In this document: positions 49,698 through 61,847 of the stretch, piece by piece
Numbering within the stretch: the stretch's first letter is position 1
Layout of the letters: the number at the start of each line of letters is the position of its first letter
Assembly (NCBI RefSeq): GCF_029227915.1
Contig: NC_079879.1
Coordinates: 12,196,720 to 12,260,719, forward strand
Direction of reading: 5' to 3'
Length of the DNA stretch: 64,000 nt
From: Hydractinia symbiolongicarpus
Lineage: Eukaryota
The notes under the pieces: generated by a model
What the model was told of the DNA's origin: nothing
Database searches by the model: none
The model's input: the letters and a program-made list of their open reading frames with translations, nothing else
Position numbers and translations under genes: made by a program

Positions 49698-52600
49698 CGG
49701 CCCCTCTGACTAAATAGGATTCCTGGCCGTTAATATTGATGAAACTTGCTCTTTATATGTTATCCACCACAACACAGTAGTGCCTGTGTAGTGAAAGTGA
49801 CGTGGGTAGCTAAAGTAATTTTATTACTACTTTTTCCTCTTGAAAATTTAATCTTTTAGGATTGCATGCGAAAATTGTTGTCTAATAGCTAGCTATCTAA
49901 ATAAACATTTTGCTAAGCAAACAAGATGCATGATTAAACATGATTTCTTTTCTAACGTTCAGTCCTAGCAGAAGATTTTTCCTTCTTAAAGTACACCCAC
50001 TTCGTTTTATAAAAAGTTAGCTGTGCCTTCGTAAAAAAATTATTAAAAATCAGCCCGGCCTTCGCTTCCTGATTCCTCCCGTTTCGTTTTCGTTTTTTTG
50101 TTTTGAACTGGCCACCCGAAGTCAGGCGATTGTGAAATCGCCCCATGCTCACTATAAAAAAATATCGTTGACTTACGGTTGGGCGGTGAAGAATATTTTT
50201 TACTCCAAAAGGCTCTGGCTCCCCTTCTTTTTTTCAATATACCTTTTACACTCCAGATTTACGCAGTAAAATGATTGCCAATAAAATAGCGATGAAAAAG
50301 CTACAATGTTTAAATCAAATCATTAAGGGCAGAAATTTCTGCCCGGTAAGAAATTCAACCTGAAATTCGCGAAATTTATTTTCGCGAAAAATCAATTTTT
50401 TTAAAAAATTGCGAAAGTTTTTTCCAAGTTTTAAAAGCCGAAAACTCTTTAATAACGAGGGCTCTCCGAGAGGGACATGGGTAAAAATAATAGAAACACA
50501 ACAACAAAAATCAGTCCGAAAAATGGCTTTTTAAAACTCAATCTCTCGTTCCCAGGGCATTTTGCCTTGTTGATGAAGTTGATAGCGTTGGCCACTCCGT
50601 AATAACGACTCAGATGGGACACAAAACCCTGGGGACGAGGTTGTTTAAAACTCTAAACTTTAATAATGGCTTCAAAGCCCGACTCAATGTTTGAAGGCAG
50701 CTAAATATCGAAAAACAGAAGGGTTTGAATATCTTCGTATCAGAAATTTCAAGACAAAAACGAAGAGAAGAGTGAGACAATAATTTGGTGATTTTTTTCT
50801 TATTTGATTGATTCATTGTCATTCGCGAAAGTTTGTGTTCCCGAAAATGAAGATTTTGGAAAATTCGCGACAGTTTTTTCTGTAAAATTTCTTCCAGAAG
50901 CAGAATTCGCACAAATTAACTTCGCGAAATTTTGCAAAAAATTCTACCCGTATTAAAATTAAATAACTTATCTTCTTGCGAAAAAGTTTGGCGGGTGGGG
51001 AGTGGAGTATCTCTACGCAGTTTCAGCCCCAGGGGACTTTATTACATTCTTTCCTTCAAAAACCTGGTAACCAGTTAGGAGAAAGTCACCGATTTTTTGG
51101 AGAGCGAACTGATAGCATTTTAAACTGTTGTTGTCTACACGCTTAGGGCATCATATGGTTAGAGTGCTTGTGATTTCTGCGATTACTGACTCAAGTATAC
51201 ATACAATTATAAATCATCCATGAATTAACACAAATCTAGCTATGTAAGCATATATGCAGTTTGGCTATTGACAACATATTTTACATGATCAAAATGGGAA
51301 CGCTGTTCTCTCGGGCAAAAAAAAACGTTTACAGCGTTGATTTTTATTGATATTTCATCTATTTTGGTTACGCAGTTGGGTTTTAATAGAGAAAAATAAA
51401 ATACGTTCCAAAGACAATTTCGCACTCGCCGTTAGCGTTTACCAGTTCTTGAATCACCACACACGACAAGTATAGTTCCCGCCCTTTGGGCGCTTTGTGA
51501 GCAAACCCTTCTAACCATATACGGAGCAATGCTTTCGCCCGACTTTGTCGGAAACAATATCGTCTGAAGGTCATTGCGTGAGTACCTAAAATGGCTGTAT
51601 TTTGTTGATGGAGAGTGCGATTGATTTGATGTGATTGATCAACCCAACCCAGTGTTAGCATACTTTTCTTATTTGATTTTTGGAAGTCCACCAGTTAGAG
51701 AATGGGTAAGGATTAAAACTCTTTCCTAATTTTATTTCAGAACACCCAAAACGAATTCGCTTGCATAATAAAGAGAGACATTCTCTTTTCAACATTTATA
51801 GATGAAAAAGGTATCGAATAAAAAACATTAACTCGTTATCTATACCTTTACATAGCTGTACCAATCAGCCTAAAAAGTCCCAGTAAAGGATGTTGATAAA
51901 TTGCAATGAAAAATCCAAGGCGGAATTGTCTAATGCAACTGCAAACACATAGTTTTGGGGTCCAAAAGCATTTAAGATTGCTGTTTAGGTATATCTTTGT
52001 GCTGGTCTTCTTGCATTTTTTTATCACCTTTATGTCCAGCTCACTAAAAGGTACAAAACTAGGGACAGTTAGGTCGCTGTAGCAGGCATATAGCTACAGT
52101 TTTAGGCTCAACCTACCTACAAAACAGGGATACTGTGTTTACAGACATCAATCATATCCCTGAACCAGGGATATTGGGATTTTTGCTCTTGTTGGCACAT
52201 GTGCTTCTTAATAACAGATCTTTGTTTTACTTTTGTACCAGCTAAAGTACCTTCACAGATCTACAGACCGCTATCAGGAAGCCTAACATTGTGATTGTGT
52301 TTAATGCTTCACACCCACAATCCACGACCTTATCATGTCAGTGATTATAAACATATTATATAGCAGATCGTCGACCTATTGTAAAGATCATCCTCATCGT
52401 GATTCTGAGTTGTTTAGATTTTTGAAGGCGTATTGTGTGTTGTTTTTTTTTGTTAGAAAAACAAAAAAATCAAACTGGTAAAAAAAATAAAAAACAATTA
52501 CGCAAAAATAAAAAAAAATGCACAATAATTATTACGCAAAGAGCTGCTAGTAAGTCTTTTTAGAGCAAGATGTAATAAAATGAAAGAAAAAAAAACATTA

Positions 52601-55600
52601 TAGAGTTCGATCATGTTTCTTATAAAAAAATGCGAAATGCCATAAGCTAGAATATTATATGCAAAAAATAAGAATTAAAATCATACCAATAAAAAAATAA
52701 TGCATACCTGATACTTCGTCACAAAACTTGTTCCTTGGATATATGCCTGGATTGCAATTTTTGCTGTCCCTTTTATCGTAGAACAATTTTGTATATCCTT
52801 TTTAAATTTGACACAGATCTTACACCACACAAAATTTTGCGCCGTTTTTTTTTTTTTTTTTCAATGGTTTTATAGCCAATTACATCTGACACGTTATAAT
52901 TTAAAAAGGCTTTTAAGGCCAAACAATTTCCCTTTTCAGTTGCCATCTCTCCACGCTACTTGCAATTCTGTACTCTAAAGAAATTTATTTCTGGTTCTTT
53001 TTCTTTTGAAAGAAGTTTTACCGTTTTTACCTTTTTATTCAAAAAAATGATCAATGGGTTTACCTGTTCATTCAAAAAGTGATCAATAAGTTTTCCCTAT
53101 TTACTTTCGAACACGCAAATTTTTTTCTTCTTTAATATTCTAGACATTGCTTGACCTTATTTAAAAGAAAAATTTTGCAGTCTCGCATTTTTTTTCTTTG
53201 TTCTTTCCGCAGTGTGATTTCTAAGAATGGTTACTCGCTACAGTTTTATTTAGGAGCGTGATTGTTCACGCACCTAAGAAATGAATTGATATTTTAGGCG
53301 ACTTATTTTTCCTTTGTCTAACACATTTTAGGAGCGTGCCAAGGTGCGCGCGCGCGATCACGCACCTAATATGACGCAGCCTGCTCCCCAGTCATAGTAT
53401 GTTCAAAAAAAAACCTTGACCAATAGGGTTAACAGTATTTTAAGGTTTTAATAGCCATCCTTTAACAATAATTAACAATAACAATAGAATATTTTTTTAA
53501 GTAATGATTTTCATGATCAATCGCTAGTGTTGTTACCGTATTTTCTGGTATTTAACCCACAGGTTATAAGTTGATTTTTATGACTTCCACTGTGGGTGCG
53601 GGTTATAATGTGGTGCAGGTTATGTGATAAGTTTTATATTTTCTGTCATTTATTGTGAAATTTAAAGTTTTACATTCAATGAAGAAAATAGTACAAGTGG
53701 GATAAAATGGTAGATTAATATAAATGCATGCGCAATCCTATATCTACGTAATTTTACTTCAACTAGGTGATTTAATTACGAGCTCTTTAAACACAATTCT
53801 GGAGATCATTTTTCTTTTGTGTTGAATGTAATTCTAATCTATATATATCTTTGCAATCACATTGAGCACATTAAAATGATTTGCTTCTGGTAATAGAGCA
53901 ATATGGCAGGTATCATTTTTAGGTTTAATTGACACTTATTTCACAACCTAGTGCCCAGGACTTAATTATTAATTCCTGTTAAAAATATTAAATAATGTTA
54001 AAATTAAAGTATAGATAATAATTTTCTTTTTTTATCTTCGCTACCTTTGAGCATCAGGTGGCCACTGAAAATATCAAAAATAAATATAAAATACAATTGA
54101 TAAGACACACGCAACTATCTCCTGCTCATTGCCGCCATTTATTTTATCATGCACACTGTGATTGCTGAGATATAAAAGAAAACACTTGAAATTAAAAAAA
54201 AATCTAAAGAAGTTGATTTTAACATTTTTCATTAATTTTAAAAAGTTTTTTATTTTTATTTTACTTTATCTATATATCTACTATATCTTCTATATGCAAC
54301 TGTATCAGAAGAGATGCTATAGTTAAACTTGTGGATATAATTTTGTTATTAATAACATTTTTAATAATTATAATTGCCTTTCTTGGTTGACTTTTGTACT
54401 CACAAATTAAAAAATATCACTTCGGATTATCATATGCAAAGTTAGCAAAATTAATGTTTAATCCTGGGATGAGCAATCTCATCCAGTAACTTGATTATAA
54501 GGCATTTTTTAAAACAACTTTGCAAAAATGTTTGTGAATAAGGCGGGTGTTTGCGCAGGGTCAAGCAAAAAAGAATCATCCTAGTTTCGTGACTATGTCC
54601 TAATTCTGTGATTATGTCTAAATTTTGTGATGTTGTTTTTCTAATTATGAGATCCACTGGGATTATTTCTAAAACCAAATTAGGATTAAAATGGTTGCAA
54701 TAATTGTGGACATGTCTCAGATGTATCTAGTGGATGCTTTAAACATGCCAATGTGTCTTGTTCTATTGCTTAAACTTGGTGAAGCAAATTAACAAAGAGT
54801 ATCTGTGGAAGAGAGCACACTGACAAATTTTTTTTTAAAAAATATTCTCCAGCCTGTCTAGCTTCATAATAATATAGTTTTTTTAGTATTTTATAAATGA
54901 TTTCAAAGATAACAATAATGTCATACCCCAATTCATTAGTGAGCTACCACAGTAATGTTTAGGCTGTTTGTTCTGTAAAATGCACAAGTTTTTAGTACCA
55001 GCGAAATAAGTAATACGGTAGTTCGTAGATGTAAGGCTTAATATATGTCAGATTTTTGTAATATTGCACATGAGACGGCATCTGTATCGGTAAAGTGATC
55101 TTCAAATTACAACAAAAGTTCAAATTCAGGATGAAATTTGCAACCCAAAATAAGAAGCATATCTACGAATTTTGTGTTATTGTATGTTTTCATTTTATTT
55201 ATTTGTTATATGGTACGAACGAAACTTGAGGACTGGCTCTAAAAAACATTTTAAGAATGCTAATTTGCATGTGTTTGAAAATTTATAAGTGAAAATCCCA
55301 CTTTAAAAAAAGTAATCAATTGGTGTTATTATAAAAATATTCTGTCATATATGTTTTCAGGGTGTATTTCCGAAATGCAAATTGAGGGCCACTAATTTCC
55401 AAATAGGAATTTCATTAAGGTGGTTTTTAGTATTATTAAAATTTGATTATGGAAGCCAAAGTAATAATAATAATAAAGTAATAGCTTTGTTACCAACCAT
55501 GGGCATTTTTTTGCTATTTTGATGCTCTGGAGACAAGGTTTGCTCTTCTCGTAGTGTAAGTGTAGAAATTGTATACCGTCAGCATAAATCAGCATGACCA

Positions 55601-56993
55601 TGTGAAAATAAAACACAAAGGACAAACACAAGGTAAAGCATCTGGTCAAAGCTATGTCATGGTTGGAGTGTATTTTTACAAAATTTATGTAACCTGGCAT
55701 AGGTGACACATAAAACAAAATAAAAAATTAATACACAGTACTGTAAAATCTTAACATCAACGATCACGTATCGTATAACATACCAACACCCAAGACAAAA
55801 GAAAAAAAATGCTCTCCAGGATTGTGTTGTTCAGGGAGTGTGAAAATATATTTCACCGTGCAAAAAAGAACTGAAATAAAAAAATTACATATTTTTCAAT
55901 ATTGATTATGAAGGATAAATTAAACTTTTAGCTTCAATTTTTTGGTCCATGTGATAAAAACATTCACTTGAAAGTAAATGTTACATAAATAGCTGATATC
56001 TAGACTCTTCATAAAAACAGATAATGCTAAGATGTGCAAATAGCTTTACATTGCAGCAAGTGATCACGGATTATGTGATTGGCATGTGCAGTTAGAATAT
56101 ACGCGACAAATGCCTGCGCAATACATTTTTTTTTCCTATGAGGTTTTAGACACAATGAGATGCGAAGAAGTTAAATAAAATCCCATGTAGGCAATTTTTT
56201 GCTTAGATTGGAAGGTTGTAATGATGCTGATGGCAATAAATAATTTTGTGATGTGAATAATTTGTGTTTGCTTCATAGACTTGCGCTACAAAAATGTTTA
56301 ATTTTATTCACGCAGGAATTTTTAATCGATTTTTTAATATTTAGTCAATCCCAGGACAAAAAACATTGAGTTTTCTGGACCATATTAACTTTTGTAGTGA
56401 TTTTGTTAGGAAAATTTTGTTACATTTCGGTATATCACTGCCTTAAATCAACTAGTGGTCAAAATACAATTAGATGATACAGTAACAAGGCACATGCAAC
56501 CATCAGGGGCTAATACAGGTCGATAAAGATACTGTTATACTGATTTTGGGGACATTCAATATGTGCATCTTAAATAGGGAGATGGAAACTGTGTTAGTTT
56601 TTGTAATGATTGATAGGGAAAAATATGTTGGAAAAGATTCTAGATCTGTTTTATAGAAAAAAACCAGCCAACCTAAACAAAGATTTTCTAGTGGAAATGT
56701 TTTTTTAAGAAATATTTTCAACATTACTATTGCAGTAGTAAGAATTTCCATACCTATGTGAAGTTCTCTTTTCATTATGAAAAAAACATTACAATGGTAT
56801 TATAAATCTTTCATGCAAAGTTTGATGAGAAACGAGCAGACTAAGTACTGTGTGCTGTTTTTTTATACCTATAAAACGACATTCAGCAGTTAAATATGTT
56901 TTGTTTAAACTTGGACCTCCACAAAGTTTTTTAAGAAAGCAGACAAACCTTTTCTCTCATCATACTAATTCAGTTCAATCTTCTTTTTTTCAG

Positions 56994-57440
56994 CCACAGT
57001 GAAAGTTCTGTTTGAGTATGAAGCAGAGCAGGAAGACGAATTAAATTTAAAAGTAGGAGATATTGTGAAAAATGTTGATGTTCAAGATGGTGGCTGGTGG
57101 GAAGGTGAGATCGGCGGCAAACGTGGAGTGTTTCCTGAAAATTTTGTTGAACTTATCAAGCCAGATGAAAATAAAGCACCACCACCTACTGCTGCTACTG
57201 CTGCTGAAAGTAAAAAACAAGCCAAAGTTACTTTTCAATATGAACCAGAACAGGATGATGAATTAGCACTTGAAGTAGGAGAAATAGTTGAAGTTTTAGA
57301 AGATGATGATGAGGGTTGGTGGAAGGGAAGTTTAAATGGAAAGATTGGAATGTTTCCTTCAAACTTTGTCGAAAGGATAAAAACTAGTGTTGTCAAAGAA
57401 GAACAAAAGCCTCCTTTACCAGAAGCCACTGAAGAAGCAG
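56994..57440 (+). CDS. CD2AP/CIN85-family adaptor, exon carrying SH3 domains 1 and 2
   Basis: Acceptor is tttttttcag|CCACAGTG at 56992-93; the exon starts in phase 1, so an upstream ATG exon was not found. Two SH3 domains are present: ..VKVLFEYEAEQEDELNLKVGDIVKNV..GGWWEGEIGGKRGVFPENFVELI and AKVTFQYEPEQDDELALEVGEIVEVLE..EGWWKGSLNGKIGMFPSNFVERI. The donor is GAAGCAG|gtatgt. Confidence 0.8.
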
Positions 57441-58346
57441 GTATGTTCAGATGTTCTTCATGGTTTAATGTTTTTGTTTTTTAATCAACATAATTTACAA
57501 AGTAATTAACCCCTCTTGCATTTCCTGACAGCTATAATATGCTCTTTTGAGATAAGTCATACATATAGTTGTTTCATTCAATATAGTGGTGTCCACATAT
57601 TAATAATACATTAATATAAATTTGTGTATAATTAATAAGGAATTCACTGTTGCCTGCTCATTGATTTTTTTTTTCAGAGAAGTTTATAATATTTTTTAAA
57701 GTATTCTTTTAAAAAAAACATGGTATGGTTAGTAGCATTTGTTTAAGCTGTATAAATTATTAGATTTGCAGTGCGACTGTTTTTTTATTAAAATGTATTT
57801 GCTTATGTCACTAAGAAAGATTTTCGCAGATTTTTTAATTTCGTAAAAATAACTAAACTTCAACTAACTTTCAAGTGGAACTTGCAGTTTGAATTTCCTT
57901 GATTTTTTTTGAAAGGGGATTTTTTTATATTTGCAAATTCGAAGTGTTAATCAAAATATAATGTAGAAATGAAAATGAAAAATATTTCTCTGGTAAAAGG
58001 CAAAATAGTTCTGGTAAGTTAATGGTTAAAATATAATTGTTAAAGCAAGTAAAGAATTAAAATAAAAAAAAATTCACACTTCTATTTTATTTTTCATGTT
58101 TTACAGAAATAATATGATTTGTAACTATTATTTTGGCAAAACCAGCTGATATACTTAATATTGTGGATTTTCTACCTTTATTAAGGTTCTCTTTTTTGTT
58201 TAATCATTTTAATCTAGCAACCAGCTGATAATTCAAAATATTAGCCTGTATTGCTCTTGCTCAATGTTTTGTCTCAGTATACAGCTGTAAACCTGATGCT
58301 TTCTTAATATCTAATATTATATAATTTTTATTTTCATTTTCTTAAG

Positions 58347-58495
58347 ATGTTAAACCAAGACCAAAATCCCAAATGGGATTTGGTTTAAAACTAGAAGATC
58401 TGTCAAGAAATAAACTCAAAAAAGTCGACAAGGGAGGAGAACAAAAGCCTGTACAGATGGTCCAACCAATGGACCATGCAAAGGAGCCAGAAAAG
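58347..58495 (+). CDS. CD2AP/CIN85-like linker exon (DVKPRPKSQMGFGLKLEDLSRNKLKKVDKGGEQKPVQMVQPMDHAKEPEK)
   Basis: Acceptor is cttaag| and donor is GAAAAG|gtgcgtg. Phase is consistent with the flanking exons. Confidence 0.65.
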
Positions 58496-58801
58496 GTGCG
58501 TGATTCCAGTTGTAGTTGTTTTTATAAAACCCATGTAAAAGAAATTGTTTTTGCTTGTTTTTCTTCTTTGAAGACAATCATTCTCTTTCTCCTGAATTCT
58601 AGCTAATGATATTAACTTGTTTCAAGAGAATCGAGAGAAAATACTGTATTTTTCAACGATTTATACTTTCAGATCACATAACAGGTCACGTTTAATTTTC
58701 ACAGAAGCTCTAAATATCTTTCTGTATACATATATTTTTCTTATGTGAAATATATTTTGTTTTTTCAAATTGTATCCTTTTCTTGTTTTAATGTATTTTA
58801 G

Positions 58802-58829
58802 AAAGTGCCAGCTTCACCTCCTGTCTCTG
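58802..58829 (+). CDS. CD2AP/CIN85-like 28-nt micro-exon (KVPASPPVS)
   Basis: It has a perfect ttttag| acceptor and a |gtaagt donor, and it keeps the frame into the SH3-3 exon. Confidence 0.55.
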
Positions 58830-58992
58830 GTAAGTTCTATAACCGTGACAATATATGGTACATTGTTTCAGCTTAGTCAAAAGCCGTTAGGTTCAGGTAC
58901 AAAGAGAAAAAAAGTCAGCACCTCCTGTCTTTAGATGGGGAGTAACTTACTCAAATTTTTTATCGCATTCGCATTGAATCTTTTTTTTATAG

Positions 58993-59324
58993 CACAACCA
59001 ACAACCAAGCCTGTTCAAAAAGCTAAAGTCACATTTGCATATGACCCAGAACAAGAAGATGAATTAAAGCTTAACATAGGTGATGTAGTGATAGTAACAA
59101 ACAAAAACGTTTTTGAGGGATGGATGGAAGGTGTATTAAATGGAAAAAAGGGTTTATTTCCTGATAATTTTGTCGAAATGTTACCTATGGAGCACGTCAA
59201 AACTGAGCCTGATTTACCAGCACCGCATAATATAAATGGACAAAAGTCTGTTAAACGAGCTGCTAAGCAAGACCCTATTGCTGAACCTGAAAAGGTGGAT
59301 CATACAGAAAAGCTAAAGCATATG
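58993..59324 (+). CDS. CD2AP/CIN85-like exon carrying SH3 domain 3
   Basis: AKVTFAYDPEQEDELKLNIGDVVIVTNKNVFEGWMEGVLNGKKGLFPDNFVEM is an SH3 fold with the ALYDY-like, W and PxNF motifs. Acceptor is ttttttatag| and donor is CATATG|gtatgg. Confidence 0.75.
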
Positions 59325-60043
59325 GTATGGGATATCTTTTCTTCGTGTTTTGTTTTTGTAATGCGCAAGGAAATGGCAGGGTTTCTATACCCCCTCATAA
59401 CTCCTCAAATCTCATCAAATGTCCCCAATGGAAGTTAAGGTTTTCTACTCAAATCTCCTCAAAAATATTTGATTACTTTTTATATATGTTATTTTTTATA
59501 TTATTTGTTTCGAATCGCCAAAAATTGTGGTTGCTGTGGCCTGCAAACATTCCTTTTTTTGTTCTTAGTTATCTTTTGTAAGAAAATATTGAGATGCCAG
59601 TCTGTGTGTTTCTTCATTTTTACAAGTGCAAGTTTTTCTTTTCAAATCTCTTCAATTTTGTTAACCTCCTCAAAAATCACAAAAATCTCCTCAAAAGTCC
59701 TCAAATCTTCTTAAATTTTTTTTTGAAAAAAGAGTGGAAACCCCAAATAGATTTATCCTATGATGTATACGAGGTTAGTTGCGCACTACATAATAAATTT
59801 ACGATACGTTCGTCCACGTAAACATGTCGCCCTGCTATCTTGCTCATGACGGAAAAAGGGTACTTGGCCTTTATGAAATGAGCTTCTTGTTATACTTGTC
59901 TAGGATATTAGAGGCTGTGCATGTTATTTCGTATATTTTTTAGGCTGCATGTTGGGTGCACGCTTGTTACCGTGCAAACAATTCATAAAGCTCTGGTTCA
60001 AATGATATGATAATTAAATTCTTTTTTATATTTCCAACCATAG

Positions 60044-60083
60044 GGAATACCAATGATGCCTCATGGAAATAACTTAAAGCAAG
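60044..60083 (+). CDS. CD2AP/CIN85-like 40-nt exon (GIPMMPHGNNLKQ), required to restore the frame
   Basis: It lies between ccatag| and AAGCAAG|gtacttt. Without it, the SH3-3 exon (phase 0 end) cannot join the Pro-rich exon (phase 1 start). Confidence 0.45.
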
Positions 60084-60167
60084 GTACTTTCATGCTACTT
60101 TTATTTTTCACCAGTTAATGATTTTCATAAATATTTATGTTTTTCTTATTATATTAAATTTATTTAG

Positions 60168-60533
60168 AATTAGAAAAAAAGATGTCACAACCACCCCCGG
60201 CATCAAAACCTCCACTTCCGGAAACAAAAAAGCCAGCCAGCAAAGGCCCTGCGCCACCACCTCCAGCCTCAAAAAAGCCGAAACCAGCCTTACCACAACA
60301 GCCGAAACCACCGAAACCACAAGTTCCTGCTGCTCCTAAAAAAGAGGAAATCCATCCTTCTTCTCCAACGAAACTATTAAGCGAAGCGCCAAGATCAGCT
60401 TCCATATCTGTGGGATCAGTCGGTAACAAGTACGGTCCTCATCCACGATCAAATTCTGAATCTTTCAAACGAAATAATCCTCCGGCTGCTGCTGCTGCTC
60501 CTACTAAGAATCAAAGTGGTGTAACACACCAAG
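60168..60533 (+). CDS. CD2AP/CIN85-like Pro-rich exon (ELEKKMSQPPPASKPPLPETKKPASKGPAPPPPASKKPKPALPQQPKPPKPQVPAAPKK...), carrying PxxP / PxxxPR-type SH3-ligand motifs
   Basis: Acceptor is tatttag| and donor is CACCAAG|gttcat. This is the typical CD2AP/CIN85 proline-rich middle region. Confidence 0.7.
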
Positions 60534-60637
60534 GTTCATTTATTCCATATGCATGTTCTTTTTGTTAATCTAAGAGATGTTTTTAATTATGCGTGAATAG
60601 TCGCTGTTAATCGTTATTTTTATTCTCCTTTTTTTAG

Positions 60638-60732
60638 GATCAATAGATTTGGATATTATAAAGTCGACCGAACCACTTAGTCACGTACAGAGGGCCAAGG
60701 CTCCAGCAAAGAATCCACCCTCAAAGTTTAAG
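60638..60732 (+). CDS. CD2AP/CIN85-like exon (GSIDLDIIKSTEPLSHVQRAKAPAKNPPSKFK)
   Basis: Acceptor is tttttag|GATC and donor is TTTAAG|gtacca. Phase 1 to 0. Confidence 0.55.
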
Positions 60733-61314
60733 GTACCATTGTGAATTGCATGAACAGCATAGGCGCGATCTTTGTAGCGAGAGCTTGGGTATGAATATAA
60801 CTGTATTTGTGATTGCAGTATGAAATAGAGTGAACAGCGTCCTAGATGGCTCAAATGTATAAATAATAACAGAAAAGATGGTTTAAAACTGAGAGAAGAG
60901 GAATTAGAAAACTATAGAAATGTTTAAAAAAAGTTTGTCAGAAGGTTTATTGCCGCAGGCTTCTACATCTTGGTTTCCTCTGACAATAATTAGTATCTGT
61001 TTGTTACTCTTTTATAACTAACCCTGTTGCTATGGGCCTAGGCCACAAGTTAAGCCAAAAAAAAGCAAGCTGCTTAACAACTTTCCCTGTCTAGTTGGCC
61101 TTATCAGGAGCTTATCCATTATGGACTTATCGATCAACATCACAAACACAGTCCAAGCGGTGTGAGGAAATTGTATGAAAAAATGCCTCAAAAACCTTTT
61201 AAATTACAAAGTATAAAATCACGAATTATAAATGCATTCCTGCACATTTTTCCTCTATTCTCTGTACAATTTCTTTTATGATTGAATGAGAGTAGAAGGT
61301 TTTTGTATTTGTAG

Positions 61315-61350
61315 AAAGCACACGAAACAACAGAAGAAACAGACAAAGAG
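61315..61350 (+). CDS. CD2AP/CIN85-like 36-nt micro-exon (KAHETTEETDKE)
   Basis: Acceptor is gtag| and donor is AAAGAG|gtaaca. Phase 0 to 0. Confidence 0.45.
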
Positions 61351-61616
61351 GTAACAGAAAAGATTTTGTTCATGTTTGTTATGTAAAGAGCAGACTGTGG
61401 TGTTAGCTATCTATATGGCAATAAAGAGTTTTAAATCATTAAAAGCTGTGTCTATTTTCTACTTTCATCTTGCTCTTTATATATTCCCGCTTAAATGAAA
61501 TAAGCAGCAAATTATTTTTTCGCAAAAAATAAAGTGCTGAAATTTATCAATTTTATGTACCTTAAGATGGATTAAACTGTTATTGGTATTTTTCTCTCAT
61601 TTTTACCACAATTTAG

Positions 61617-61847
61617 GACGACAAGCCGATTATGGAAAACAACAGGGAGAATAATTCAAAAGAAGTTGACCAGCTAAAGTCTCAAGTGAATGATATACAA
61701 AATAAGATGAATGAAATGGAGAAAAAATTTAAAAAGTTAATGTTACAGGTCACAGATGATTTGGACAATGAGCGAAAAATACGATTAAATCAACAGGTTG
61801 AAATAGATAGATTAAAGAAGCAGCTTGATATTTTAGGTGAGAAATAA
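61617..61847 (+). CDS. CD2AP/CIN85-like terminal exon: C-terminal coiled coil (..EVDQLKSQVNDIQNKMNEMEKKFKKLMLQVTDDLDNERKIRLNQQVEIDRLKKQLDILGEK*)
   Basis: Acceptor is caatttag|GACGAC. It shows heptad periodicity, and the stop TAA is at 61845-61847. This matches the C-terminal coiled coil of CD2AP, CIN85 and cindr. Confidence 0.75.
   Translation, partial: DDKPIMENNRENNSKEVDQLKSQVNDIQNKMNEMEKKFKKLMLQVTDDLDNERKIRLNQQVEIDRLKKQLDILGEK

Noticed and set aside
56999-57484. The six-frame track's 161-aa ORF starting with 'M' at 56999 as the CD2AP-like start codon.
   Set aside because: Position 56999 is GTG inside an exon that begins at an acceptor (56992-93) in phase 1. There is no in-frame ATG after the upstream stop at 56966.
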